From IMG/VR virus record IMGVR_UViG_3300020050_008479: a stretch of DNA of 64,000 bases; one strand, 5' to 3'. The DNA is from a virus. Its lineage: Duplodnaviria; Heunggongvirae; Uroviricota; Caudoviricetes; Crassvirales. The notes beneath the pieces are model-generated. The model had not been told where the DNA came from. It worked only from the letters and a program-made list of their open reading frames with translations, and searched no databases. Made by a program: the position numbers and the translations under genes. Below are positions 35,010-45,150 of the stretch, one piece after another; positions within the stretch are counted from its first letter, which is position 1; each line of letters begins with the position of its first letter.

Positions 35010-35207
35010 ATGATTTCATTATTATTATTAGCAATATCAGTAATATTTTACTTGATAGCTGAAAGATATCACTCCAGAAAAGAAGGCGGATTTATTTACT
35101 TTGAAACAAAAGGATCTATATTGTGCATAATTTCAATAGTGTTTTTTCTTGCATCAACAGCAATGGCAATATATTCAGCCTATAACAGAATCTCAAATGG
35201 AGGGTAA
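35010..35207 (+). CDS. small two-TM membrane protein
   Basis: 65 aa; helices ISLLLLAISVIFYLIA and ILCIISIVFFLASTAMAIY. Confidence 0.45.
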   Translation: MISLLLLAISVIFYLIAERYHSRKEGGFIYFETKGSILCIISIVFFLASTAMAIYSAYNRISNGG

Positions 35208-35340
35208 TATAGATTCAAGACCAATAATTACACTTGTCTTGATGTCATTTGTAGTTGCTATGTTTGTTATAGGAATAATAAGCTCAGCAAGATTAGTTAA
35301 AGCCTTAGAAGATGAGGAAGATAATAAGAATAGACCTTAA
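35197..35340 (+). CDS. small single-TM membrane protein
   Basis: 47 aa from ATG 35197 (MEGNIDSRPIITLVLMSFVVAMFVIGIISSARL ...); overlaps the upstream stop (ATGGAGGGTAA). Confidence 0.35.
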   Translation: MEGNIDSRPIITLVLMSFVVAMFVIGIISSARLVKALEDEEDNKNRP

Positions 35341-35557
35341 AGCGCATGAAGTCGCTAGAACTATTACCTTGTATCAATTAGATACCAGAAGAGAGATTAA
35401 GTTAAATACTTTGAGATGTGTAAAACTAAGGAAAGTCTTAAAAAAGCATGACAATAGGATTAGAATACTTGATGATACTCTCTTAAAAGTGGTATCAGAT
35501 GAGATTGAATACAGAAAGATAATAGGAATAAAAGTAGTAAAATCATTGAAAATCTAG
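35312..35557 (+). CDS. hypothetical basic protein
   Basis: 81 aa, K/R-rich. Confidence 0.35.
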   Translation: MRKIIRIDLKAHEVARTITLYQLDTRREIKLNTLRCVKLRKVLKKHDNRIRILDDTLLKVVSDEIEYRKIIGIKVVKSLKI

Positions 35558-35713
35558 AAATATTAACAGCAGCCTTGGCAGCATCAGGGATGAGCGTAAG
35601 CCAAGAAGACTTATCATTCATCTTAGAGATGGATAGAATAGTTTCTACAAGAGGAAAAGAACTCTCATTAATTGAGATTCAAAAACTGAGTAATGAATAT
35701 TATAATCAACAAG

Positions 35714-36085
35714 ATGGCGAAAGCAATTAAAAAAAAGAAAGATGAGAATCTAATTCCCATTGAGAAGATGATTACAACAGAAGAAATGAATGGCTTGATC
35801 GCAGTAGTTAGATCAAGACAAGAATTTTTTCAACGGATGGCAAGTGAAAAGACAATAGCGCGGGAGCGTTCCAATTCATTGCTTGAAGAAAGGCTAAACG
35901 GAATGGCAAGTAAAGAAGCAAAAGATAAAATCATGCTACTTGGAGAGAAGTTAATGGCCGAAGCTGATAAAGTTTACATGAAACAATACAAGGAAGAGTT
36001 ATCTCACCAATCAGGGATGGTTGAGTTCTTGCATAGATTCACAAATGACAAGTTTACAGACTTGACAGGATTTTTCAGTTTATAA
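35714..36085 (+). CDS. hypothetical protein
   Basis: 123 aa from ATG 35714 (MAKAIKKKK ...); an alternative start at 35693 and a competing 46-aa frame 35611-35751 exist. Confidence 0.4.
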   Translation: MAKAIKKKKDENLIPIEKMITTEEMNGLIAVVRSRQEFFQRMASEKTIARERSNSLLEERLNGMASKEAKDKIMLLGEKLMAEADKVYMKQYKEELSHQSGMVEFLHRFTNDKFTDLTGFFSL

Positions 36086-36173
36086 TACGCATACTAAAAC
36101 AAAAAAAGAGTTAAACAATCGGGAGTAGTCTTTTGCCAACACAAGTAAAGACAAAAAATTAAAATACAAAATC

Positions 36174-36623
36174 ATGAACAATTTAGGTAAAGCAGTAGTA
36201 GTAAGTCACCCAGAAACAGGAAAATTAATCACAAGATTTAAAAATGAAGCTGGTGCAGAATTCGGAAAAATTAGACTAGACCAAAGTGAATTAGCAATCA
36301 GTAATGGTTTCTCAAGATTTGCAAAAAGAAGTGCATTTATTACTGTTGAAGGAGCAACAGCAGATGTATTAGAAGGAATGTTGGTTGAAGGACAACCTTA
36401 TCCAATGGCAGGTAAAATTGTAGTTACAGAGAGTACTCGTCCTTTTTACCCTGGTCAAGAAGCAAAAAGAAAAGGAAAAGACGGAGCAATCATTTTAAGT
36501 AATGGACAACCAGTATATAGAGATACTGAGTTCACTTCAGATTTGAACAGAGGAGATATTTTTATCACTTCAGATTCAAATCCAGGAATGAATACTGCAC
36601 ATGCAGGAAACGCCGCTGAGTAG
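36174..36623 (+). CDS. hypothetical protein
   Basis: 149-aa ORF followed by a strong intrinsic terminator. Confidence 0.5.
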   Translation: MNNLGKAVVVSHPETGKLITRFKNEAGAEFGKIRLDQSELAISNGFSRFAKRSAFITVEGATADVLEGMLVEGQPYPMAGKIVVTESTRPFYPGQEAKRKGKDGAIILSNGQPVYRDTEFTSDLNRGDIFITSDSNPGMNTAHAGNAAE

Positions 36624-36645
36624 TTTTCTCATTTTTTAGTTTTTG

Positions 36646-36674
36646 AAAGGGGGAGTAATTAGCCCCCTTTTTTT
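36646..36674 (+). terminator. rho-independent terminator
   Basis: AAAGGGGG-AGTAATTAG-CCCCCTTT followed by a T7 run. Confidence 0.7.
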
Positions 36675-36697
36675 ATTAATCATTATTACAAAACAAA

Positions 36698-37129
36698 ATG
36701 TCAAAAAAATTAGAAGTTACAATAAAAAGAAGCGGTAAGTTAACATTAACTGAGATTAATGCTCTAACAACAAAAGTATTTGATGATGCTCAAGCAGTAG
36801 TTTCTGCATGGAATTCATCTTATGAAGGAACATTTGACTTTCAAAGAAAGATTAAAGCTTTAAAAACTAAGCATGGAATATTGGCTGCTGAACGCGCAAT
36901 TGTTTTCATAGCTACCAAGCACAAAAAAGTTTCATTCAATATCGTATCAAAAGAGTATTCAACTGCACTTGAAGCGTTACATAAACAATTCAAAAAGCAA
37001 AATGTTGGAACGTACAAAGGATCTCCTTCTTTTGAGAAAGTAAAGAATCAACTTATTCTTGCTCAGGTAGACAATGTAAACATGATTGGCTTAGCTCAAT
37101 CAATATCTTTGTCTCTAGTTAAAGCTTAA
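36698..37129 (+). CDS. hypothetical protein
   Basis: 143-aa ORF. Confidence 0.45.
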   Translation: MSKKLEVTIKRSGKLTLTEINALTTKVFDDAQAVVSAWNSSYEGTFDFQRKIKALKTKHGILAAERAIVFIATKHKKVSFNIVSKEYSTALEALHKQFKKQNVGTYKGSPSFEKVKNQLILAQVDNVNMIGLAQSISLSLVKA

Positions 37130-37134
37130 AAAGT

Positions 37135-37205
37135 TTCCCTATCGTCTAGTGGTTAGGATGGGCGCGAGCGTGTGCAAGACAGCAGTTCGAATCTGCTTGG
37201 GGATC
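37135..37205 (+). tRNA. tRNA-like gene, isotype undetermined
   Basis: Acceptor TTCCCTA/TGGGGAT (6 of 7 pairs); D-arm GTC-TAGTGGTTAG-GAT (Glu/Asp-like); T-arm AGCAG-TTCGAAT-CTGCT; anticodon arm not resolved. Confidence 0.45.
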
Positions 37206-37218
37206 TAAAACAAAACAA

Positions 37219-37530
37219 ATGAAAAGAAAATTAATTGAACAAGTCCAAGAAAAGTTTATCGTATGCGACAACACTGATTGTAATTACGAAATACCATTTG
37301 ACGAAAAGTTAAATCTTCTTGAATACATAGATGAACCTTGCCCTTGTTGTGGAGAAAATCTACTTACAATAGAAGACTACATAACTAGCTTAAAACTTCA
37401 AAAAGCAATAAACTTTATCAATAAATGGTTTAGTTGGCTAACTTGGTTTAGTGGAGAAGTTAAGGAAGAAGATAAAACAAGCGTAAAAGTCCATGTACAT
37501 AAAGGAATAAATTTATCAACAGATGAGTAG
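37219..37530 (+). CDS. zinc-ribbon protein
   Basis: 103 aa with CDNTDC ... CPCCGEN. Confidence 0.45.
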   Translation: MKRKLIEQVQEKFIVCDNTDCNYEIPFDEKLNLLEYIDEPCPCCGENLLTIEDYITSLKLQKAINFINKWFSWLTWFSGEVKEEDKTSVKVHVHKGINLSTDE

Positions 37531-38026
37531 AACATTCGGAATAGCAGATTTACATTTAGGTCATCAAAATATGGCTACAAAAAGAGGTTTCGCGACTGTT
37601 GAGGAGCATGATGAATTTATCATAGCTAACTGGAACAAGGTCGTTAACAAGAAAGACAATGTAATTATCTTCGGAGATGTTACAATGGAAAAGAAAAATT
37701 CATACTACTTACTCAATAGAATGAATGGAAGAAAAACAGTAATTGGAGGCAATCATGACAGGCCGCAAGATTCAGAAGAACTACTTAAGTATGTTTCTGG
37801 AATATGCGGAATGATGAAGAGAAGAGGATTTATCCTAACTCACTGTCCAATACATGAAAGTCAATTAGAAGAATTTTATGTTAATATTCACGGCCACGTA
37901 CACGAAAGAACTTTACAAGATGAAAGATACATTAATCTTTCATGTGAAGTTATAGGCTACACTCCGGTGTTGCTGTCTAATTACGTTAACAAAAATGGCG
38001 AAACAAAACCTAGGAAAAATGAGTAA
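37523..38026 (+). CDS. calcineurin-like metallophosphoesterase
   Basis: Motifs GIADLHLGH (GDxHG-like), GDV and GNHD. Confidence 0.7.
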   Translation: MSRTFGIADLHLGHQNMATKRGFATVEEHDEFIIANWNKVVNKKDNVIIFGDVTMEKKNSYYLLNRMNGRKTVIGGNHDRPQDSEELLKYVSGICGMMKRRGFILTHCPIHESQLEEFYVNIHGHVHERTLQDERYINLSCEVIGYTPVLLSNYVNKNGETKPRKNE

Positions 38027-38351
38027 GATGAAAGAAGGAGTATTAGCTACTCCAGAATTACTGTTATTATACGGATTCAAAGAACGTAAAGGTCCAGTAA
38101 TAGACACTTACAGCATGAGTATAAGCAGAAATAAATTAGAATACAAAGAGGTTAGTGTAACATTAAGTCCTGGTAATCAATACATAATGGCAAGACAAGG
38201 CGACTTAGAATCGCCAAGACATAAAGACGACGTAATTACATTGTATAATGGAGATTATGACGGAAAGCTTGAAATGTTTAGGTTAGACAACTTAATTTAT
38301 GGCTTAACAGGGAAATGGTTAGAAGTCGTTGACTCAATAAAAAAGTGTTAA
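37995..38351 (+). CDS. hypothetical protein
   Basis: 118-aa ORF. Confidence 0.4.
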   Translation: MAKQNLGKMSKMKEGVLATPELLLLYGFKERKGPVIDTYSMSISRNKLEYKEVSVTLSPGNQYIMARQGDLESPRHKDDVITLYNGDYDGKLEMFRLDNLIYGLTGKWLEVVDSIKKC

Positions 38352-38525
38352 CAATAAGAAATAGATACCGGTAACAGGTAATCAATCTTTCTCTATATAC
38401 AGAGAATGGGCAGCAAGCTTTAGACACTTGCCTTTGTCATCGAAAGATGCCATCGTATCATTGGGAGCAATGAATTGTGCGGGAGGTCGTAAAGACCTTA
38501 ATTAAAATAAACTAAAACTATAATC

Positions 38526-39032
38526 ATGGGAATCTTTTCAAGAAAAAAGAAAGAAGTAGAATCTATTGAAAAAACATTAATCAAAAAGCTAGTGGTAATT
38601 GACGAGCAAGTTGTCAGCTTTGCTGGTGATGTTTCAGAATCAAAAGATCAAACTGTTCAAGTTATACACTTAACAGGAGCCATCAATAAACAAGATGGAG
38701 AAGAGAAAGGACAATGTTTTGCTGTAATCGGAAGTCCTGAAGGATTGATGAACATGCTTGAAGGAGCTGGAGCAAAAGAAGGTCATTTCGCTAGAATTTT
38801 AATTACAGTTGCTGAGAGATTAGCTTCAAACAACCCTGAATTAGCTAGGTTCCAAGAAGGAATTAAAAGTGGTGCAGAATGCATGTGTGAAGGTTGTCAA
38901 TTAGAAAGAGCTGCAGAAGGTGCTCCGGGAACACCAATGTCTGCTTTGTCAATTGAAGACATTTCTAATATGACTCCTGAGAAAATGGACGAATTAGTAA
39001 AAAGTATTGTCAAGTCAGCAAAACAAGGTTAG
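38526..39032 (+). CDS. hypothetical protein
   Basis: 168-aa ORF; CEGC motif. Confidence 0.45.
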   Translation: MGIFSRKKKEVESIEKTLIKKLVVIDEQVVSFAGDVSESKDQTVQVIHLTGAINKQDGEEKGQCFAVIGSPEGLMNMLEGAGAKEGHFARILITVAERLASNNPELARFQEGIKSGAECMCEGCQLERAAEGAPGTPMSALSIEDISNMTPEKMDELVKSIVKSAKQG

Positions 39033-40242
39033 AGAAAAAATCCAAGACAAGTCTTTGAAGTTATCTCAAGATAATCAGAATATTGTTTTGGAATGGGCAA
39101 CCGGCGCAGGTAAGACTTATGCCGCGGTTAAGATAGTGAATGACATAATCAAGAAAAACAAGAATGCAAGGGGGTATTTGATATGCAAAGAAAGCACTCA
39201 TAAAAAGAATTGGCTCGATGACATAAAGTTTCATAAGATGGAACACATTCTAAACAATGTCGATACAATACTTTATGCTTCTTTACATAAACTAATTATC
39301 CAAGCGGACTTTATTATTCTTGATGAATGTCATGCATTAACTGACAAAAGAACTGCAGAATTGCAAAGATTAATAGGAAAGAATACTAAGTTGATATTTC
39401 TATCTGCTACCATTCCAGACGACAAAAAGGCATTAATATCTTTACTTTCTAAAAGAAAAGTAGAATATTATACAATAACATTGTTAGATGCCATTAATCT
39501 TGAATTACTGCCAAAGCCTAGAGTTATTGTTCATAGTTTACAACTTACAAATGACGACGACAGGCCTTATGAATTTACTATGACTAAAGGAATTAAAGCA
39601 AAATCAGTAATTAAAACTGTAGTCTTCAAAGAAAGATGGAAGATGCTTAATTCTTATAGCCACATTCAATTAAACGTATTATGTAATCAATTAGAATACT
39701 ACACATATCTAACTGACCAAATGAATTATTTAGACACTAAAATAAAAGAAACTTTTTCAGACTTTTTTCAACGAATGATGATGAAAAATAAGTTCTTAAA
39801 TATAGCGTCTCAAAGAAAGAAATTTATCGCGTCTGCCAAGACCAAGAAAGCTCGGGAAATACTAGATTCTTTTAGTAACTCTAGACACATTTGCTTTACA
39901 GGATCCATTGAGCAATCATTAGAACTTGGAGGTAATAGTAGTGTTAACTCAAAGAATCATAAAAAGGTAAATCAAGAGCTCATTGATGGGTTTAACAGTA
40001 AGATGTATTCTATGCTGTTTGCCGTCAACATGTTGAGAGAAGGGCTCAATCTTACTGAAATTCAAAAAGGATTAATAATTCAATTGGATAGTACGGTTGG
40101 GTCTTATTTCCAGATGTTAGGTAGAATGTTAAGACATGAATTTCCTGAAGTTCATTTGATTAAGTTGCTAAATACACAAGACGAAAAATACTTTGAAAGA
40201 GCAATGGTTGATTTTAGTGAAGATTTTATAGAAAACAGATAA
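39007..40242 (+). CDS. superfamily-2 DNA/RNA helicase (DEAD/DEAH-box type)
   Basis: Motif I ATGAGKT, motif II ILDECH, motif III SAT (FLSATIP), motif VI QMLGRMLR. Confidence 0.8.
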   Translation: MSSQQNKVREKIQDKSLKLSQDNQNIVLEWATGAGKTYAAVKIVNDIIKKNKNARGYLICKESTHKKNWLDDIKFHKMEHILNNVDTILYASLHKLIIQADFIILDECHALTDKRTAELQRLIGKNTKLIFLSATIPDDKKALISLLSKRKVEYYTITLLDAINLELLPKPRVIVHSLQLTNDDDRPYEFTMTKGIKAKSVIKTVVFKERWKMLNSYSHIQLNVLCNQLEYYTYLTDQMNYLDTKIKETFSDFFQRMMMKNKFLNIASQRKKFIASAKTKKAREILDSFSNSRHICFTGSIEQSLELGGNSSVNSKNHKKVNQELIDGFNSKMYSMLFAVNMLREGLNLTEIQKGLIIQLDSTVGSYFQMLGRMLRHEFPEVHLIKLLNTQDEKYFERAMVDFSEDFIENR

Positions 40243-40243
40243 A

Positions 40244-40798
40244 ATGGTAAATATTAGTATAGACTTTGAGCTTTTAAAAAAGTTCAAGATTAGTGTTAAT
40301 GAGTATTTAATACTATACGACGTAGCCAACGACTTTACAATTTCTGGAATATTTAATTACAATGCAGCTGAATTAGTTCAGCTTGAGAAAAAAGCATTGC
40401 TTAAACTAACTGAAGAAGGAATCTTCTTAAGAGGTAAGGCAACTGAGATTTTTTCAACAAAAGAGGATTACTTTTCTCAATGGATTGATTTGTATCCAAC
40501 AGCTGTTAAGAAGAATGCGGGTGGAAGCAGAGCATTAAGTCCAGCATCTTCTGATACAATTCTTGGATCAAGATTAAGAAAAAAATGGGATTTAGTATTC
40601 AAAAAAGACATTGAGAAGCAATTGTTTGCGATAGAAGTACTTCGTGCTGAAGTTGCAGATAAGAAAAAATCAGGTGATTTAGAATACATGGTTGAAGCTG
40701 CAAGATGGTTAAACGAAGGATTTCACGAGAAGTTCGCTCACTTAGTTACAGAGAGCAAAGAAGTTGATAACAACTATTCCAGTGAGGATTGGTTATAA
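40244..40798 (+). CDS. hypothetical protein
   Basis: 184-aa ORF between two helicases. Confidence 0.45.
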   Translation: MVNISIDFELLKKFKISVNEYLILYDVANDFTISGIFNYNAAELVQLEKKALLKLTEEGIFLRGKATEIFSTKEDYFSQWIDLYPTAVKKNAGGSRALSPASSDTILGSRLRKKWDLVFKKDIEKQLFAIEVLRAEVADKKKSGDLEYMVEAARWLNEGFHEKFAHLVTESKEVDNNYSSEDWL

Positions 40799-40810
40799 TG
40801 AAAGAGAAAG

Positions 40811-42019
40811 ATGGTTGGAAAGAGAGAAGATGGGAAGGTATTCCAAAGAGTTCAAGAATTAAGGCAAATAAAGGCTGACAAAGAAAAGGGAAGAATATTC
40901 TGTATTCCATTTGAAAGCTATCCTAAATTAGCCGCTTCAGTTCCTGGCATTGTTCCAGGAATGATAACTATGATTACTGCCGGAAGTGGCGTTGGAAAGA
41001 CTCAAGTGACTAAAGCACTTGCTGTTAGGGAGCCATTAGAATACGCTAGACGAAATGGCATTAAATTAAAAATATTCTATTTTGCATTAGAGGAAAGCAA
41101 ACAAGAGTTTATAGACACAATGATTTGCAATTATGTGTCTAGTAAAGGAATAAAGCTTGATTTATTGACATTACAAGGATTTAGAGTTAATGCACTTGAA
41201 GAATCTGCTATGAAGTCAATAGAAACTCATTTAGATGATATTGAAGAATTGCTAGAATCAGTCGAAGTAATTGATTCAGTTTACAATGCTACTGGAATAT
41301 ATAAATATTGCAGAGACTACGCTGATAAAAATGGTAAACACATCTACGAAGATAGAGAATTCATTAAGAAAAAGAATGATGGATCTACCGAGACTGAAAC
41401 AGTAAAAGTTTATTCTCATTATGAGCCAAAAGACCCACATGCTATTACTATTGTAGTTGTTGACCACTTAAGTTTGCTTGTTCCTGAAAAGGACAAAGTA
41501 ACAGGAAACATGATGAGTCAACATCAAACAATGGCTAAATGGAGTACTGATTATGCTTTAAAACAATTAACTAAGCACTGGAATTGGGCAGTAGTTAATG
41601 TTATTCAGCAAGAACAGTCAGGAGAAAAAGAACAATTTACTAACAAGGGCGATAGTATCGTTAAAAAAACAGAACCTGCATTAAGTAATTTTGCTAATAA
41701 TAAGGAGATACAAAGGGATGCTAAGATTGTCATAGGAGTTTATTCTCCAGACAGGTATGGATTTGAAGACTATCATGATTACGATATCAAAAGATTTAGA
41801 GATTCTTTTAGAGCAATAAAGATTCTTAAAAATAGATTTGGACCTCCTAACAAGTATGTACACATGCTGTTTGATGGAGCGTCGAATAGATTTAAAGAAT
41901 TACCATTGCCAAATGAATCACAGAAATTGGTTAAGTTTTATGAAGAGGCTGACAAGCTATTAGGCAGGACGGGGGCTCCAATTAAAAAGTTAAATGCTAT
42001 ACCAGGGTTCGGAGGTTAA
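40811..42019 (+). CDS. DnaB-like replicative helicase (RecA-fold C-terminal domain)
   Basis: Walker A TAGSGVGKT, Walker B IVVVDHLSLL, followed by DnaB/T7 gp4-type H3 and H4 motifs (VIQQEQSG, RDAKIVIGVYSPDR). Confidence 0.65.
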   Translation: MVGKREDGKVFQRVQELRQIKADKEKGRIFCIPFESYPKLAASVPGIVPGMITMITAGSGVGKTQVTKALAVREPLEYARRNGIKLKIFYFALEESKQEFIDTMICNYVSSKGIKLDLLTLQGFRVNALEESAMKSIETHLDDIEELLESVEVIDSVYNATGIYKYCRDYADKNGKHIYEDREFIKKKNDGSTETETVKVYSHYEPKDPHAITIVVVDHLSLLVPEKDKVTGNMMSQHQTMAKWSTDYALKQLTKHWNWAVVNVIQQEQSGEKEQFTNKGDSIVKKTEPALSNFANNKEIQRDAKIVIGVYSPDRYGFEDYHDYDIKRFRDSFRAIKILKNRFGPPNKYVHMLFDGASNRFKELPLPNESQKLVKFYEEADKLLGRTGAPIKKLNAIPGFGG

Positions 42020-42021
42020 TT

Positions 42022-42276
42022 ATGGAAAGTGAAGTTTCAAAATCAAAACTAAAATCTAGGTCAGAATTTATAGTCTTTAAATGTTTTAAAACTTCTCCAG
42101 AAGGAAGTTCTAAGAGAATAAAGGTAAATACTATTGAAGAGTATTACATCTGCTCAAGAGGTAGACTAACAATATTTCATTCTGGAAGAAAATCTATGTT
42201 TGAATATAAGGATCCGGTAATGACAGAGAAGTTGCTTGACAAAATTGACGCCCTTTTTAATATAAAATCGGTATGA
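42022..42276 (+). CDS. hypothetical protein
   Basis: 84-aa ORF. Confidence 0.4.
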   Translation: MESEVSKSKLKSRSEFIVFKCFKTSPEGSSKRIKVNTIEEYYICSRGRLTIFHSGRKSMFEYKDPVMTEKLLDKIDALFNIKSV

Positions 42277-42408
42277 AGTTATATTGTTTCGCAGTAATGG
42301 ATGGATTTAACAATCCTCCAGTAATGTACTTAATAGGAAAGAAAAATCTTGTTGATGCAGAAAAAAAAAGAATTAAAGTTTTTAAAAAACAATTAAAAAG
42401 AAAGAAGA

Positions 42409-42825
42409 ATGAGTGATAAATCACACGTAGGAATGGGCTTTTTAGTTTGCCCTGTAACAGGAGAGAAACACTCTGAATCTGTTTTATTGGACAAAAACAT
42501 GAAAGATAGACTTGAAAAAGAAAACTTCATGGGTTATGCTTATTGTCCAGAAGTAGCAGCTAAGATTGCGGAAGGTTATGTTTGTCTTATTGAAATTAAG
42601 AATCAACCTTCAAGTAAAGAAGCAGAACAAGTTAGTATGAGAGACGCTGATAGAACTGGAGTTTATTGCTTCATTAAGTCAGAACTTGCTAGAGACATGT
42701 TTGGAATAGAAGGAGAAGTTGAAGAAATTCAGTTTGTATCTCCTGAAGTTGTTGAATTCTTGAAAAATCTTAAAGTACAAACTGAAGGTACAGATGAGCC
42801 AGCTGCCGAAGAGCCAGAGGTTTAA
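42409..42825 (+). CDS. hypothetical protein
   Basis: 138 aa, acidic C-terminus. Confidence 0.45.
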   Translation: MSDKSHVGMGFLVCPVTGEKHSESVLLDKNMKDRLEKENFMGYAYCPEVAAKIAEGYVCLIEIKNQPSSKEAEQVSMRDADRTGVYCFIKSELARDMFGIEGEVEEIQFVSPEVVEFLKNLKVQTEGTDEPAAEEPEV

Positions 42826-43111
42826 TGTAGGTAAGATTAAGTGGACTTTAGTTCATTTTAAATCTATCGAATGCATGGTAGAAGTACTAATGTTCGGAGC
42901 TAAGAAATACGCTCCGGACAATTGGAAGATAGGATTGAATCTTAAAGAGATTGAAGACAGCATGCAAAGACACTTAGCGTCATTAATTGACGGGGAAATT
43001 AGAGATCCGGAATCCGGACTTTATCACATAGGACATATAATGTGTAATTGTATGTTCTGGATGTATCATTACACTAAAAACAAAAACAAAGAAAATGAAG
43101 AGAATCCTTAA
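42794..43111 (+). CDS. dATP/dGTP pyrophosphohydrolase-like small protein (phage DUF-type)
   Basis: Motif GAKKYAPDNW ... RHLASLIDGE typical of the phage dNTP pyrophosphohydrolase N-terminal domain family. Confidence 0.4.
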   Translation: MSQLPKSQRFNVGKIKWTLVHFKSIECMVEVLMFGAKKYAPDNWKIGLNLKEIEDSMQRHLASLIDGEIRDPESGLYHIGHIMCNCMFWMYHYTKNKNKENEENP

Positions 43112-43340
43112 TTTTCTGTTTGGAACAACACCAAACAGTCTTTATCTTAAGTCTACAAAGGCTTTAAGCGCGTTCAATGAAACGTTAGAAACATTGAAGA
43201 ATATCAACGACAAAGCAAACGAAGAAACCTCTAAAAAGGCTATTGAAATTGCTAAAATTGAGTCAGACATCGCAACATTGGCTTCAATCAAAGTCAACAA
43301 TGACAAAATTATTGCTAATATCGAAAAGATACTTAATTAG
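43095..43340 (+). CDS. hypothetical protein
   Basis: 81 aa, coiled-coil-like. Confidence 0.4.
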   Translation: MKRILNFLFGTTPNSLYLKSTKALSAFNETLETLKNINDKANEETSKKAIEIAKIESDIATLASIKVNNDKIIANIEKILN

Positions 43341-44020
43341 TGGTTGCTGAATTAATTTCCAAAAGTGTTGGGGTAAATAGTTACCTCAACCTTGATGGAG
43401 CTCAGATTATTGCGGCTGTAGCAAGACATGGAACAATTAAAGATGATAATGGAAAACTAATAGCTTTTTTAATGAAGCACAAACATTGGTCTCCACTACA
43501 ACACATCTTCTTTGGATTTAAAGTTACTACGAGTAGAGCAATATCTGCACAAATCTTTAGACACAGATCCCTTAACTTTCAAGAAACATCTCAGAGATAC
43601 GAAGAAATTCCATCTCATGAGAACATTGAATTAAGAATGGAACATCCAACTAATCGTCAGAGTAGTACAGACATTTTTGATCCAGAAATCATCTTAAATG
43701 ACGGTGAAGGAGCTGAATGGGGAGAAATGGCTAGTGATGCAATAGCAGATTACCTTTCTCAAGGACAAAGACTATACAAGTCTTTACTTGACGGAGGAGT
43801 TGCTAAAGAGTGTGCTCGAATGATTCTACCTATGTCTAGTACAACTACTATTCATATAAGTGGAACATTAAGAGACTTGTTAGGATTCTTAAATGTGAGA
43901 GCTGATAAACACACGCAGAAAGAATGTCGTGATATTGCATTGGCAATAGGCGCGGCGATTGAATTAGAATTGCCTCAGATGTTTCGAGACATTGAATGGC
44001 AAGAAGGAATGTTTATGTAA
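43340..44020 (+). CDS. thyX: FAD-dependent thymidylate synthase ThyX
   Basis: ThyX signature RHRSLNFQETSQRY (RHR-x7-S-x-RY) plus the conserved N-terminal H ... SPLQH region; 226 aa. Confidence 0.85.
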   Translation: MVAELISKSVGVNSYLNLDGAQIIAAVARHGTIKDDNGKLIAFLMKHKHWSPLQHIFFGFKVTTSRAISAQIFRHRSLNFQETSQRYEEIPSHENIELRMEHPTNRQSSTDIFDPEIILNDGEGAEWGEMASDAIADYLSQGQRLYKSLLDGGVAKECARMILPMSSTTTIHISGTLRDLLGFLNVRADKHTQKECRDIALAIGAAIELELPQMFRDIEWQEGMFM

Positions 44021-44037
44021 TCTTTAAATAAATAAAA

Positions 44038-44337
44038 ATGAGTGATCTTTTAACAAAAAAGAAAAAAGTCGTAGTAGAGCAAGTGCCGGTGTTTGACCAT
44101 TCAAACACAGACATAGGAATTGCAATTGGAGTTCCTGGATTGATCCAAGGAATATCTGACAAGATGAATCAGTTGATTACAAATCAAACTGTAACTTCTC
44201 CGTCAAAAGCAGTTGAGTATTTCTACAATAATTTTAGTTTAATTGAATTAGCTTTTATGGCTATGCATTCTCTTGGTCACACTAAAGATGAACCAAAAGA
44301 AGATGACGGAGCTGTTGAGTTTGAAGAAGTAGGTTAA
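44038..44337 (+). CDS. hypothetical protein
   Basis: 99-aa ORF. Confidence 0.4.
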   Translation: MSDLLTKKKKVVVEQVPVFDHSNTDIGIAIGVPGLIQGISDKMNQLITNQTVTSPSKAVEYFYNNFSLIELAFMAMHSLGHTKDEPKEDDGAVEFEEVG

Positions 44338-44353
44338 TTAAAAAAATTGAATT

Positions 44354-45115
44354 ATGATATTACCAAAAAAGAAAAGGCCTGCTATTAGAATTGACCCTAA
44401 AAGATTATTGTTGTTTGGACCTCCTAAGATAGGGAAGACAACAATTGTATCTGCATTGGAAGATTCGTTGATAGTGGATATGGAAGAAGGATCAGACTAT
44501 GTGGAAGCAGCAGTCGCAAAGGTAAGAAGTCTAGCAGAATTTGTAGAGCTTATTAAAGCCTTGAAAGAGGATAAGGAGTCTAACAATGGAAGAAAGCCTT
44601 ACAAATATATCACTCTTGATACATTGTCGGCACTAGAGGATTTAGCATGTCAATTGGCTGTTAAAGACTACAAAAAGTCTCCTATGGGAGCAAATTACAC
44701 CGGAACAGATGTAAGAACATTACCTAATGGAGCAGGATACGCTTGGACAAGACCAGCATTTGAAAGAATGTTAAAATCTTTTGAGCCATTCTGTGATACG
44801 TTGATAATGATTGGACACATCAAAGAGAAAGACTTCACTAAAAATGGGGAAACTCTTACTGAAAAGTCTATCAATCTTACCGGTAAAACTAAAGATAGCA
44901 TCTGTGCATGGGCAGATAGTATTGGTCTAGTATTCAGAGATGAAAATAGAACAATGATTGATTTCATGCCTTCTGAGAGTCTTTTAGTTGGAAGCAGACA
45001 AGTTCACTTACGAGGAGCAAAAGTTTGTATCGCTACTAGCGATGAAAAAAATAACATCACTATTGACTGGACAACAGTATTTGTTGAAGGCGCAAGAACA
45101 GATGTACAAGAGTAA
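44354..45115 (+). CDS. AAA_24-family recombination-associated ATPase
   Basis: Walker A LLFGPPKIGKTT, Walker B ITLDTLSALED, MIGHIKE sensor; 253 aa, the typical phage AAA_24 size. Confidence 0.65.
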   Translation: MILPKKKRPAIRIDPKRLLLFGPPKIGKTTIVSALEDSLIVDMEEGSDYVEAAVAKVRSLAEFVELIKALKEDKESNNGRKPYKYITLDTLSALEDLACQLAVKDYKKSPMGANYTGTDVRTLPNGAGYAWTRPAFERMLKSFEPFCDTLIMIGHIKEKDFTKNGETLTEKSINLTGKTKDSICAWADSIGLVFRDENRTMIDFMPSESLLVGSRQVHLRGAKVCIATSDEKNNITIDWTTVFVEGARTDVQE

Positions 45116-45150
45116 AAAACAAAAATAATAAAAAATTAAAACAAAGAATT